DNA from: Dehalococcoidia bacterium
GTDB lineage: Bacteria > Chloroflexota > Dehalococcoidia > SHYB01
DNA: 64,000 nt
Assembly: GCA_965220155.1 (NCBI GenBank)
Contig: OZ244810.1
Location: forward strand, 3,627,633 to 3,691,632
Reading direction: 5' to 3'
The notes below the pieces were generated by a model. It saw only the letters and a program-made list of their open reading frames with translations, did no database searches and was not told the DNA's origin. The position numbers and the translations under genes were made by a program. Below are positions 49,050 to 58,787 of this stretch, piece by piece (the stretch's first letter is position 1; each line of letters starts with the position of its first letter).

Positions 49050-49373
49050 AGGGCCTTTTCGTTCTCAATGTTATGTGGATACGGACCCCCACCGCCTGTC
49101 ACTACTATGCAAATGGGCACCGTCGCACCGTTGTTTCGTAGAGGCGGGTTTCAAACCCGCCTCCGGCCTTGTCCTGGGACGCCGCCCTGTTTTCCTCCTC
49201 GTATGTGGTCTCCTATTATGTGGCCTCCTAAAGGCCATAGTGATTCCGACGGGCGGAGCGACGAGGAATCTCATAAGCTTCACGACTAAGGCGACACTGC
49301 GGACAAGGACTTTAGCCCCTCGCCGTCGCTCGGGGTGACAATGAAAAGTCGCTCGGGGTGACAATGAGGCCCT
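49050..49373. mobile_element. MITE-like non-coding element, copy 2 (inverted relative to copy 1)
   Basis: Ends CCAGGGCCT / AGGCCCTGG; core homologous to 4917-5093; REP at 49138-49164; 20-bp duplication at 49325-49344 and 49348-49367. Confidence 0.62.
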
Positions 49374-49668
49374 GGCGCCCCGCGCTAAATGTCTCCCGTA
49401 TCCTAGGCCGCGCATTTCCTGGAGATAGGCGGCGCCCCGCGCAAAAGGTCTCCCCCTCCACGCCTCGCCCGACCTCGCCGCAGTCCCCCACCACACACCG
49501 AACGACGAGGCTGTTCCTGACCGAGCTCGGGCCGCAGCCGATACGGCGGCAAACGGGCCGCAAGGGACAGACTGATCCTGTGCCAGGACAGGATGACCCG
49601 CGCGGGTGATAGGATGGGGCTGCCGGAGTGCCCCGAAACCCGTCGCAGCAGTGCCCTGACTCGGCTGA

Positions 49669-50508
49669 ATGAACGCCGCAGAGACATACGCCGCTCTTAT
49701 CGACGCTGTCAGCGCGCAGCACCTGCGGGTGCATGGCGAGCCGGCGAGTCAGGACCCATGGGCGGGCCGGCTGGCCCGCCTGTTCCGTTTCGACCCACAC
49801 CGGGAGCTGGATGCCAACCTCGAGATCGTGGCCTCTTATGTCCAGCCCCAGGATGTGGTCATCGATGCCGGCGGAGGCGCGGGGCGAGCCGGGCTGCCCT
49901 TGGCGCTCCGATGCGGCGAGGTCATCAACGTCGACCCTTCCGCCTCAATGGGTGAACAGTTTGAAGCATCGGCGGCGGAGGCCGGCATCAAGAACGCCCG
50001 CCGGGTCAGGAGCTCCTGGCTCGACGCCGATGTGATAGAGGGAGACATCGTCCACTGCGGAGACGTGGCCTATTTCGTCCGCGATATCGCGCGGTTCGTG
50101 AGAAAGCTGGAAGCCGCGGCCCGCCGCCGGGTGATCATCACCGTCTGGAGCGTACCACCGCCTTATGCCAACCAAGGGCTCTACCGGCTGGTCTACGGAG
50201 AAGAGCAGGCAGTGGTGCCGGGCCACACCCACCTGTTGGCGGTCTTGTGGGAGCTAGGCATTCTGCCCGATGTGCGGGTGATGCCCCTTCCGCGATGGTG
50301 GGACACCGGACTCCCTAGAACGCGCGAAGATGCCCTGGCATTCGCGCTGGAAGGGAGCTGGCTGAAGGAGCAAGACCACGCGCTCGCCCGCGAGCGACTC
50401 ATTGAGCAGTTCGATCATCTCTTCGCCGAGAGCTCCGAGGGCTTTCGCCCCCTATGGCGAGGCGAGGAGCGAGAGCTCTTGATCACTTGGGAGACCGGCC
50501 GGGGATAA
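49669..50508 (+). CDS. Class I SAM-dependent methyltransferase
   Basis: VIDAGGGAGR, NVDPSASM. Confidence 0.8.
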   Translation: MNAAETYAALIDAVSAQHLRVHGEPASQDPWAGRLARLFRFDPHRELDANLEIVASYVQPQDVVIDAGGGAGRAGLPLALRCGEVINVDPSASMGEQFEASAAEAGIKNARRVRSSWLDADVIEGDIVHCGDVAYFVRDIARFVRKLEAAARRRVIITVWSVPPPYANQGLYRLVYGEEQAVVPGHTHLLAVLWELGILPDVRVMPLPRWWDTGLPRTREDALAFALEGSWLKEQDHALARERLIEQFDHLFAESSEGFRPLWRGEERELLITWETGRG

Positions 50509-50550
50509 CCGTGATCTCGATGATTGGGATGAAGAGACAGCGAGGGAATA

Positions 50551-51435
50551 ATGCCCACCGCGCCTATCGACGGTAACGACCTGTACTACGAGGCGACCGG
50601 CGACGGGTTCCCCCTTGTGTGGTGCCACGAATTCGCCGGGAGCCATGCGAGCTGGGAGCCGCAGGTCCGTTTCTTCGCGCGGCACTACCGGGTCATCACC
50701 TGGAACGCTCGCGGCTACCCTCCCTCGGGTGTGCCGGAAACGCTGGATGCCTACTCGGTGGAGCACTCTGTGGCAGACCTGAAAGGGCTGTTGCGACACC
50801 TGGGAATCGAGGAAGCCTACGTCGGGGGTCTCTCAATGGGCGGCGGCATCGCCCTCAACTTCGGCCTGTCCCACCCCGAGATGGCCCGCGCGCTCGTCCT
50901 GGCCGGGACGGGGTCGGGCACCACGGACCCCGAGCTCTTCCGCCGGGAGACCCGAGCTTCATCCCAGGCCCTCCTCTCGGCGGGGAGCATGGAAGCCCTG
51001 GCCGGGTACGCCCAAGGGCCGACTCGGGTGCAACTCAAACGCAAAGACCCACGGGGGTGGGAAGAGTTCCGTAGTCAGCTCATGGCCCACTCGGCGCTGG
51101 GCTCGGCGCTAACGCTGGACGGGGTGCAGTCACGGCGCCGCACCATCCACGAGCTGGAGGATGGCATGCGGGCCCTTCAGGTACCCACGCTGATCATCGT
51201 CGGCGACGAGGACAACGCCTGCATCGGGCCCGGGCTCCTGATGAAAAGAACGATCCCGCGGTCCGGCCTGGTGCTTTTTGCCCAGTCGGGTCATACGGTC
51301 AATCTGGAAGAGCCGGACCTGTTCAACCGGACCGTCCAGGACTTCCTGCACGCGGTCGAGACCGGGGCCTGGGCGACCGCGGAGGTCGGCGGAGGCGAAG
51401 GCTTCCATACAGGCGAGAAGGCGCCCCGTGGATAG
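50551..51435 (+). CDS. Alpha/beta hydrolase
   Basis: HEFAG, GLSMGG nucleophile elbow, GDED, SGHTVNLE. Confidence 0.9.
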   Translation: MPTAPIDGNDLYYEATGDGFPLVWCHEFAGSHASWEPQVRFFARHYRVITWNARGYPPSGVPETLDAYSVEHSVADLKGLLRHLGIEEAYVGGLSMGGGIALNFGLSHPEMARALVLAGTGSGTTDPELFRRETRASSQALLSAGSMEALAGYAQGPTRVQLKRKDPRGWEEFRSQLMAHSALGSALTLDGVQSRRRTIHELEDGMRALQVPTLIIVGDEDNACIGPGLLMKRTIPRSGLVLFAQSGHTVNLEEPDLFNRTVQDFLHAVETGAWATAEVGGGEGFHTGEKAPRG

Positions 51436-51468
51436 CACATGGCGCCGGGCAGGAAACGAAGTGGAAAT

Positions 51469-51554
51469 TGGTGCCGAGGAGGAGACTCGAACTCCTACGG
51501 GCGATGCCCACCACCCCCTCAAGATGGCGTGTCTACCTATTCCACCACCTCGGC
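51469..51554 (-). tRNA. tRNA-Leu (GAG)
   Basis: GCCGAGG..., anticodon loop TTGAGGG, long variable arm, ends ACCA. Confidence 0.95.
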
Positions 51555-51766
51555 GAAGCGGCCCGTCAGAAAGGGCCACGGCCATTATCCTCAGGCCCAA
51601 AGTTCCCTGTCAACGCCGGGGCGGCCGGGGCCCCAGGCCGCCGTCGCTGCGCGCCTTCGCTGAGGGACATCGCTTTACAACGAAGGGGGCCGTTTCTTAC
51701 AATCTCAAGAAGGGAGAGCCCCCCGCTCGGAGCCTCCAGCGGCCCACCCGCCTCCGTGGTGGACGG

Positions 51767-52234
51767 ATGACAAACAAACCTGTATTCCTCACCGAAGAGG
51801 GCCAAACGAAGGTCCTGACAGAGCTGAAGCATCTCCGGAACGTGCGCCGCCCCGAGGTCGCGGAGAGGATCCATCGCGCCAAGGAGATGGAGAGCGCGTC
51901 CAATAACGCGGAGTACGACGACGCCAAGAACGAGCAGGCATTCATCGAGGGGCGCATCACCGACCTCGAAGGGGTCCTCATCAACGCGACGATTGTCCAT
52001 CCGGACCATTTCGCGGGCCAGGTGGAGATCGGCTCCAGGGTCAAGCTTCTAACGCACGACGGAGGGGAAGAGGTCTACACCATCGTCGGGAGCGCCGAAG
52101 CGGACCCGGCGGAGGGGAAGATCTCTAACGAAAGCCCCGTCGGCGAAGCCCTGCTCGGGAAGCGGGCAGGAGAGGACATCGAGGTGACGGTCCCAGCGGG
52201 TGTCGAACGCTGGAAGCTGACCGAGATTAGCTAG
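51767..52234 (+). CDS. greA: Transcription elongation factor GreA
   Basis: LTEEG, RRPEVAERI, NAEYDDAKNEQ, ISNESPVG.ALLG. Confidence 0.95.
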   Translation: MTNKPVFLTEEGQTKVLTELKHLRNVRRPEVAERIHRAKEMESASNNAEYDDAKNEQAFIEGRITDLEGVLINATIVHPDHFAGQVEIGSRVKLLTHDGGEEVYTIVGSAEADPAEGKISNESPVGEALLGKRAGEDIEVTVPAGVERWKLTEIS

Positions 52235-52262
52235 GGGGACTACGGCCTCCGGCCCCGCCGCT

Positions 52263-53525
52263 TTGCTCTCCATCGACCTCATCCGAAGGGATACCGAACG
52301 TGTGCGCGCCGCCATGGCCCGCCGGCGCGAGGACGCCCCGATCGGTGAAATCCTCGAATTGGACCACCGCCGTCGAGAGCTGCTGACTGTATCGGAGGGG
52401 CTGCGGGCCCGGCGCAACGAGGTCAGCAAGCAGATTTCCCGGATGGACCCCAAGCCTCCCGAGCTCATCGGGGAGATGCGGGAGGTGGGCGACCGGGTCA
52501 AGGGGCTCGAGACCGAGCTCAACAGCCTCCAGGAGCAGATCGCCTATCGCCTGATGCGCCTCCCGAACATCCCCGGGGACGGGGTCCCCGAAGGCGCCTC
52601 GGCGGAGGACAACGTGACGGTCGAAACGTGGGGAACGCCCCGGGCATTGGACTTCGAGCCCAAGCCCCACTGGGACCTAGCCCCAAAGCTGGGGATCGTG
52701 GACTTCGAAATGGGGCAGCGTGTCTCCGGGTCGCGGTTCTACGTGCTAAGAGGTGCAGGGGCCAAGCTCCAGAGGGCCCTCATCCAGTGGATGCTCGACG
52801 TCCACGTGAACGAGCACGGCTATGAAGAGGTCTACCCGCCCTTCATGGTCCGGGAGCAGGTCCTCCACGGGGCGGGGCAGCTCCCAAAATTCATCGACAA
52901 CCTCTACCACGACGCCGAAGAGGACTATTGGCTGGTCCCCACGGCTGAGGTCCCCATCACGGGTTTCTACGCCGGCGAGATTCTCGAGCCGGGCGCCGTT
53001 CCCATCAGGCACGTTGCCTACACGCCTTGCTTCCGGCGCGAGAAGATGTCGGCGGGGCGGGACATACGCGGGCTCAAGCGGGGACACCAGTTCGACAAGG
53101 TGGAGCTCTACCACTTCGTCGAGCCAGCGAAATCGGATGAAGAGCTACGGCTTCTCCTCAAGAATGCCTGCTCCATCGCCCAGGCCCTGGAGGTCCCCTA
53201 CCGGACCGTACAGCTCTGCACCGGGGACCTGGGATTCACGGCCGCCGAGTCCTACGACATCGAGCTATGGGCCCCCGGCTGTCAGGAGTGGCTCGAGGTG
53301 AGCTCCTGCAGCAACTGCACGGATTTCCAAGGCAGGCGCGCCAACGTTCGCTTCCGCAGGCAAGAGGGAGCCCGTCCCGAGTTCGTCCACACGTTGAACG
53401 GGTCGGGCCTCGCCCTCCCGCGGGTGATGATCGCCATTATCGAGCACTACCAGCAGGCGGACGGCTCCATCGTCGTCCCGGATGTTCTGCGGCCGTACAC
53501 CGGTTTCGACCGCATTGGTCCTTGA
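52263..53525 (+). CDS. serS: Serine--tRNA ligase
   Basis: LVPTAEVP, CFRRE, HQFDKVE, EVSSCSNCTDFQ, HTLNGSGLA. Confidence 0.97.
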   Translation: MLSIDLIRRDTERVRAAMARRREDAPIGEILELDHRRRELLTVSEGLRARRNEVSKQISRMDPKPPELIGEMREVGDRVKGLETELNSLQEQIAYRLMRLPNIPGDGVPEGASAEDNVTVETWGTPRALDFEPKPHWDLAPKLGIVDFEMGQRVSGSRFYVLRGAGAKLQRALIQWMLDVHVNEHGYEEVYPPFMVREQVLHGAGQLPKFIDNLYHDAEEDYWLVPTAEVPITGFYAGEILEPGAVPIRHVAYTPCFRREKMSAGRDIRGLKRGHQFDKVELYHFVEPAKSDEELRLLLKNACSIAQALEVPYRTVQLCTGDLGFTAAESYDIELWAPGCQEWLEVSSCSNCTDFQGRRANVRFRRQEGARPEFVHTLNGSGLALPRVMIAIIEHYQQADGSIVVPDVLRPYTGFDRIGP

Positions 53526-53645
53526 CCCGGCTTTCCTGCAGTCCCGCCCGGCAGCAACCAGAGCTACTCATGAGGACGGCTTCTTCCGCTGTACAATCCC
53601 TTATGTCCGGCCGGAGAGCCGGCAGGAACCGTAAGGAGGCTCAAC

Positions 53646-54530
53646 ATGGGCCAGCGGCTGAAAGACAAAGTTGCGATTGTGACCGGGTCGGGTCAGAACA
53701 TCGGACGAGCGACCGCGCTGCTGATGGCACAAGAAGGGGCACGAGTCGTCACCAACAACCGGGCCCCTGGCAATCCCAGCGGGGACGCCGGCAGCGTTGC
53801 GGACGAGATCAAGCAGGCCGGGGGGACTGCGCTGCCGGTGTTTGCCGACGTGTCAACCCTGGACGGGGCGCGCGCACTGGTTGACGCCACCGTCGATGCC
53901 TTCGGGACCGTCGACATCATGATCAACAACGCCGCCGGATCGGGTGGACTGGCCCTTTTCGAGGACGTGACCGAGGAGCGATGGGACACGGTCCTGGCCC
54001 ACTGTCTCAAGAGCCAGTTCAATTGCATCCACCTGACCTTGCCGATGATGAAGGAGAGGGGCGAAGGCCGGATTATCAACCTCTCGTCCAGAGTCGGCCT
54101 GGCCGGATTCGCTGGGATGGCCCCTTACTCCGCGGCGAAGGCCGGCACCCTGGGGTTGACGTGGACGCTCGCCGAGGAGCTTGGCCGCACGGGAATAACC
54201 GTCAACTGCATCGTCCCAACCGCGAACGAGTCCGCAGACCGCGGTGAAGCAGTCCACAAGTTCCGGTCGGAAGTGCTGGGGGTCCCCTATGCGCCGCCGC
54301 CTGTCCCTGAAATGAAGTCACCCCACTGCATCGCGCCGCTGGTGGTCTTCCTCTGCTCCCCGGAGGCGGCGGACGTCACCGGGCAAACGTTCTACGCCAC
54401 CGGCGGCGAGGTGACGCTCTACAGCAAGCCCGCCCGGTCAAAGAGCATGTACACGAAGGACCGCTGGAGCGTCGATGACCTGGCGGAGGTCTTTTCCACG
54501 GCCTTCGGGCAGAAGCACTGGACGGGCTAG
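53646..54530 (+). CDS. Short-chain dehydrogenase/reductase
   Basis: TGSGQNIG, INNAA, YSAAKAG. Confidence 0.92.
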   Translation: MGQRLKDKVAIVTGSGQNIGRATALLMAQEGARVVTNNRAPGNPSGDAGSVADEIKQAGGTALPVFADVSTLDGARALVDATVDAFGTVDIMINNAAGSGGLALFEDVTEERWDTVLAHCLKSQFNCIHLTLPMMKERGEGRIINLSSRVGLAGFAGMAPYSAAKAGTLGLTWTLAEELGRTGITVNCIVPTANESADRGEAVHKFRSEVLGVPYAPPPVPEMKSPHCIAPLVVFLCSPEAADVTGQTFYATGGEVTLYSKPARSKSMYTKDRWSVDDLAEVFSTAFGQKHWTG

Positions 54531-54707
54531 GGGCTCGCGATTCCTGGACTCGACGTCCCTCCGCCACCGTAGGACGGGGGACCCAAGGGCTCACCGGGGG
54601 CGCCGACGGCCCGAGGCGACGCTGGCAATGCCATCGAGACCCCCGGGGCGGCGAGCGGCTGGCAAACGCCCGGCCGGAGCCCCTACAATGACAGGGCCAA
54701 CAGGTTC

Positions 54708-54797
54708 GGAGGGATGGCAGAGTGGACGAATGCGACGGTCTTGAAAACCGTTATAGCGGCAACGCTATCGTGGGTTCGAATCCCACTCCCTCCGCCA
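54708..54797 (+). tRNA. tRNA-Ser (TGA)
   Basis: GGAGGGA..., anticodon loop CTTGAAA, long variable arm, ends GCCA. Confidence 0.96.
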
Positions 54798-54827
54798 GTG
54801 TAGACACTGTTGAGCGCAATCCCTGAT

Positions 54828-54854
54828 GGGTTCGAAGCTCTTCCTTCGGCACCA
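54828..54854 (+). other. tRNA 3'-end-like fragment (possible att scar, Leu-like)
   Basis: GGGTTCGAAGCTCTTCCTTCGGCACCA resembles the 3' end of tRNA-Leu in this window (GGAGTTCGAGTCTCCTCCTCGGCACCA). Confidence 0.5.
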
Positions 54855-54892
54855 GTTACTCCAGGGATAGCTGCCTATGGGTTGCCTATGAT

Positions 54893-55555
54893 TCAAGGGC
54901 TGAGTGGGTTGGAATGCGAAGCAAGGTCGTTGAGCACGTCACTTACGATTGCGGCGACTGATTCGAAATCCCTCGCCGTCATGACTGTCGTGGTTGTGTC
55001 CATGCGCTCCTGAGTGAACCACACGCCTCGCATGCCCGCATCAACCGCGCCCATCACGTTCTCAAGTCGATCGTCTACGAAGAGGTGCAGGCTGGAGGTC
55101 GCGCTAACCGTGAACGCCCGGAAGATTTCAATGTCCGGCTTCCTACAGCCAACCGCCGCGCTAACCGTCCACCGGCTTATCTTGGTTGAGACTTGCAAGC
55201 GGTCAGCCCTGAGCGACGCCCATTCCGAAAGGTCGTTGGTTATGCACTGTACGCCAACCTTAATATCGGCACACCATTCGAGGAATGCCCTGACTCCGTT
55301 CGTCAGCGTGTACTGCGCGACCAACTCTCGGTCCAGCGTCTCCCCGTCGCCGGCGACGCCCAGTCGATCCCACAACTCTGCCGAAGTCATGGTTCCTCTC
55401 GATGCGGCCTTGTACAGTCGGGATATGCTGGTCGCGCTCTTCCGACACCCCTTGCTGCGCACGAACGGCACGAGCAGATCCCGCAGATCGTCGGCGGGCT
55501 GGTACACGACGCCCATCGCATCCAAGACAACTGCGACACGACTGATTCCCGCCAT
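54893..55555 (-). CDS. HAD-family hydrolase
   Basis: VLDAMGV, ITND, KPD.EIF, LFVDDRLENV..A...GM. Confidence 0.85.
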   Translation of the reverse strand: MAGISRVAVVLDAMGVVYQPADDLRDLLVPFVRSKGCRKSATSISRLYKAASRGTMTSAELWDRLGVAGDGETLDRELVAQYTLTNGVRAFLEWCADIKVGVQCITNDLSEWASLRADRLQVSTKISRWTVSAAVGCRKPDIEIFRAFTVSATSSLHLFVDDRLENVMGAVDAGMRGVWFTQERMDTTTTVMTARDFESVAAIVSDVLNDLASHSNPLSP

Positions 55556-55595
55556 CGCTACTGCCTCCGGTCGCTGGTGTGATCCAAGGGAAGCC

Positions 55596-55960
55596 TCATA
55601 AAGGCCTTTGGGGGGCGCCGAAGAGAATCCCGGAGAAGGCTACCTGCGCGGCCAACCACTGACGTACATCCCGTTCTCGAAGCGGTACAGCGCCATCTGC
55701 CCTCGGATCAGCCGGGCAGTCGACTTCCCGCAGCGCTTCGCTGAACTGGCTGCGGACCGCGCGCTCTAAGAGCGAAGAGTTGAAGTTGTAGAACATCAGG
55801 GAGAGCTGGCCGGATGGAACCATAACCTCCGTCAAGTGATGCGGCGCGTCCTCAGGCTCGCCCAGCCATTCCAACACCGCATGACAGACAACCAGTTCGA
55901 ATCGCCGCCGGAGTTGGAGACCTTAGACCTGCGTGTATGGGCGTGGCCCGTGGAGGGTAG
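55596..55960 (-). pseudogene. CmoM/SmtA-like SAM methyltransferase remnant
   Basis: FELVVCHAVLEWL.EP......V..P.GQLSLMFYN; in-frame TAA just upstream; no SAM motif I visible. Confidence 0.62.
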
Positions 55961-56101
55961 CACGGACAATGTTGGTCCGGAGGTTTGCAGCAAAACGATT
56001 CATCGCGAAAAAGTAATGTAGTCTTAGATCGCTCTCCCAGGGTCAGCAAGCGGATGATCCAAAGCAGTTAGGGTCGAGTGTGCTAAGTCCGGACCGAGCA
56101 T

Positions 56102-56887
56102 ATGTCGCTGGGTAATATCCGCGCCGTCCGCGCAGCCTTCATCCAGCAGTGGCGCTCCGTATCGTCGGCGGTGGACCGGACAGCGTTCCTCGTCAGCTCT
56201 GTCCCCATTGTGGCGGTGTTGGCGTGGATCGCCCGCACCAAGGACGATCCCTTGATCCTCGCCTATGTCTCCCTGGGTTCCTTCATGATGGTCATCTGGA
56301 ACAGCGGCGTCTTTAGAGTCGGCTGGTCGCTGACCTCCGAGATCAATCAGGGCACATTCGAGTTGAGCTTCGTCACGAGGACGCCATTGATCTTGGTGAT
56401 GTTCGGGAAGTCCCTCGCGCAAATCGTGTTGGGGGTCATCAACGGGAGCGCGGCCTTTTTCGTCGCACTGGCGATAGGAGGGAGGCTGATCGACGTCGAC
56501 AGCATCCCACTCCTCCTGGTGTCGCTGCTCGTGTCTCTTTTCGCATTGACGACCGGCGCTTTCATCTTTGCCCCGCTGATGGTGCTCTCCCGAGGCCGTG
56601 GGGGCTTCTTCAACGCCTTCATCCCCTTCGGCTTCGTGTTCAGCGGGTTTCTCTATCCCATCTCGGTATTGCCGCAGGGGCTGGAGCAGGTTGCCCGTCT
56701 CCTGCCGACTTCCTGGGCCATGGACGCAGTGCTCGGATCCGTCCACAGAACAGGCTCGGTGTGGAACGTCGCCGGGGACTGGGGTGCCGCCACCGGTGTG
56801 TCGGTGGTATGGCTGCTCATTTCCTATCTGATGTTCAGAAAGGTCGATGAGCGGCTTCGAATATCCGGCGTACTGGGGACCTACTGA
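56102..56887 (+). CDS. ABC-2 type exporter permease (A1)
   Basis: Multiple TMs, EINQGT, FSGFLYP, LPTSWAM. Confidence 0.85.
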   Translation: MSLGNIRAVRAAFIQQWRSVSSAVDRTAFLVSSVPIVAVLAWIARTKDDPLILAYVSLGSFMMVIWNSGVFRVGWSLTSEINQGTFELSFVTRTPLILVMFGKSLAQIVLGVINGSAAFFVALAIGGRLIDVDSIPLLLVSLLVSLFALTTGAFIFAPLMVLSRGRGGFFNAFIPFGFVFSGFLYPISVLPQGLEQVARLLPTSWAMDAVLGSVHRTGSVWNVAGDWGAATGVSVVWLLISYLMFRKVDERLRISGVLGTY

Positions 56888-57675
56888 TGCTGAGCAACCT
56901 GGCGACCCAATCGTACCTGTCCTACAAGGGGCTCTTCCATTGGCTGCATGTGCCTGGGTACGTCTCCAACGTCTTCCTGAGGCCCATGCTCATGCTGGCC
57001 CTGTTCGCCCTGGTAGGAAGATTCGCGGCGGACCAAGAGACCGCACAGTCCTACATGCTAGGGATGACCGTGCACTCCATGGCATGGCTGATCCTAGGCT
57101 CGGTTATGCAGATGTTCGCGAATGATCGGGAGTACGGGACGTTGTCCGTGAACCTGGCCTCCGGCGCGAACAGGCTGGAGCTCTACCTCGTCAAGATGGT
57201 GATGCACTGGCCCAACGCCATTTTGGCCATCGCGAGCGCCCTGTTCTTCGGCTGGCTGTTCCTCGACCTGGACGCCGACCGGGTGCATTGGGGCGCCCTG
57301 ATTTTGGCCACCATCGCCGTCGTGGGCTCCGTGATGGCATTCAGCCTTTTCTTCGGGACATCTTCTTTTCTCAGCCGGAACTGGGTGAACATTGTGGCCA
57401 TTGGCGTCGGGCTGCTCATGGGCTTGACGGGGATCATCGTCCCGACGTCATCGCTCCCCGGCTTCTTGAGCAATATTGGCGTCGGCTTGCCCCTGACCCA
57501 TGGGCTGAGCGCCTTCCGGGATGCATGGGCCGGCTCAAGTGTCGGAGACGTCTTGCCGGACCTGTGGCGAGAATGGGTGGTTGCATGCGCGTACGCCATC
57601 GCAGGGTATCTGCTGTTCCGTCTCCTCGAAGTGTGGGTGCGCCGGCAGGGAGCGTTCGAGCGGTCATCAGTGTGA
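56887..57675 (+). CDS. ABC-2 type exporter permease (B1)
   Basis: YLSYKG, DREYGT, LPLTH. Confidence 0.85.
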   Translation: MLSNLATQSYLSYKGLFHWLHVPGYVSNVFLRPMLMLALFALVGRFAADQETAQSYMLGMTVHSMAWLILGSVMQMFANDREYGTLSVNLASGANRLELYLVKMVMHWPNAILAIASALFFGWLFLDLDADRVHWGALILATIAVVGSVMAFSLFFGTSSFLSRNWVNIVAIGVGLLMGLTGIIVPTSSLPGFLSNIGVGLPLTHGLSAFRDAWAGSSVGDVLPDLWREWVVACAYAIAGYLLFRLLEVWVRRQGAFERSSV

Positions 57676-57702
57676 AGGGCGGACACAGAAAGGGAAGGAC
57701 AC

Positions 57703-58674
57703 ATGACTGACTCCGACGTTCCGGTCGTTGCGTGCACGGGTCTCGGTCGCGTGTACGGCTCCCGCGGTCCACTGGGAAGGGGCCGGGAGACCGTGGCGCT
57801 GCGCGACCTCACCCTCGACATCCCCAGGGGGCACGTCTTCGGGCTGCTCGGGCCCAATGGCGCCGGCAAGACAACCACCGTCCGCATCTTGGCCACCCTG
57901 CTCACACCCACGGCAGGAAGCGCGACGGTGCTCGGTTACGACGTCGTGCGCGAGGCAAGCCAAGTTCGGCGCAACATCGGTCTGATCCTTGGAGGGGAGC
58001 GTGGCCTCTACGGCCGGCTTACCGGGCTGGAGAACCTGATGTACTTTGGGGCGTTGAATCACATCAACCCAAGAGTGCTGAGGCGTCGCGCCGGCGACTT
58101 ACTGGACATGGTTGGCCTGTCCGAGCGGGCTGATTCCCGGGCGGAGGAGTACTCGAGGGGCATGAAGCAGCGGCTCCACATTGCGAGAGGACTGCTCACC
58201 GACCCCGCCGTGGTGTTCATGGATGAGCCCACTATTGGTCTGGACCCGGAGATCGCCCAAGATTTGCGCCAACTCGTGCCGCAGTTGGCGGCCCAGGGCA
58301 AGACCATCCTCCTCACCACGCACTACATGTTAGAGGCGGATCAGCTCTGTGAGACGATCGCCATCATCAACCGCGGAGAGCTCGTGGCCCTGGGTAGTCC
58401 TACCGACATAAAGAGAGAGTTCAGCAAGGTGAGCGTCCGCGAAGTGACGGTCAGCCAGACCCGCCCCGGCTTGGCCGACGACCTGCGGCGGATCGAGGCC
58501 GTCCAGCGTGTTGATGTCATGGCTGAGGGCATGCTGTCCAAGTTCGTGATCCAGGTGGACGCGCGAGCTGACCTGACATCCGAGATCGCAACGACGATCG
58601 GCGCGGACAACGTCGAAGGGGTGGTCACCCGAGAACCAACCTTGGAAGAGGCTTATCTGAGCATTCTGCGGTAA
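57703..58674 (+). CDS. ABC transporter ATP-binding protein (DrrA-like)
   Basis: GPNGAGKT, YSRGMKQR, FMDEPT, LTTH, PTLEEAYL. Confidence 0.95.
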   Translation: MTDSDVPVVACTGLGRVYGSRGPLGRGRETVALRDLTLDIPRGHVFGLLGPNGAGKTTTVRILATLLTPTAGSATVLGYDVVREASQVRRNIGLILGGERGLYGRLTGLENLMYFGALNHINPRVLRRRAGDLLDMVGLSERADSRAEEYSRGMKQRLHIARGLLTDPAVVFMDEPTIGLDPEIAQDLRQLVPQLAAQGKTILLTTHYMLEADQLCETIAIINRGELVALGSPTDIKREFSKVSVREVTVSQTRPGLADDLRRIEAVQRVDVMAEGMLSKFVIQVDARADLTSEIATTIGADNVEGVVTREPTLEEAYLSILR

Positions 58675-58787
58675 TCGATTGGCCGGCATTGGACCCCGTG
58701 GTTTTGGTCAGGTCCGTTCCGGCAATGAGACGGGGACGACGTGAGGGCCCAACGCCAGACGGATAGGGAAGATCGAAGCGTACCGGC

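Noticed and set aside
54708-54797. Selenocysteine tRNA
   Set aside because: Anticodon is TGA (reads UCA, Ser); tRNA-Sec has anticodon TCA and a longer acceptor stem
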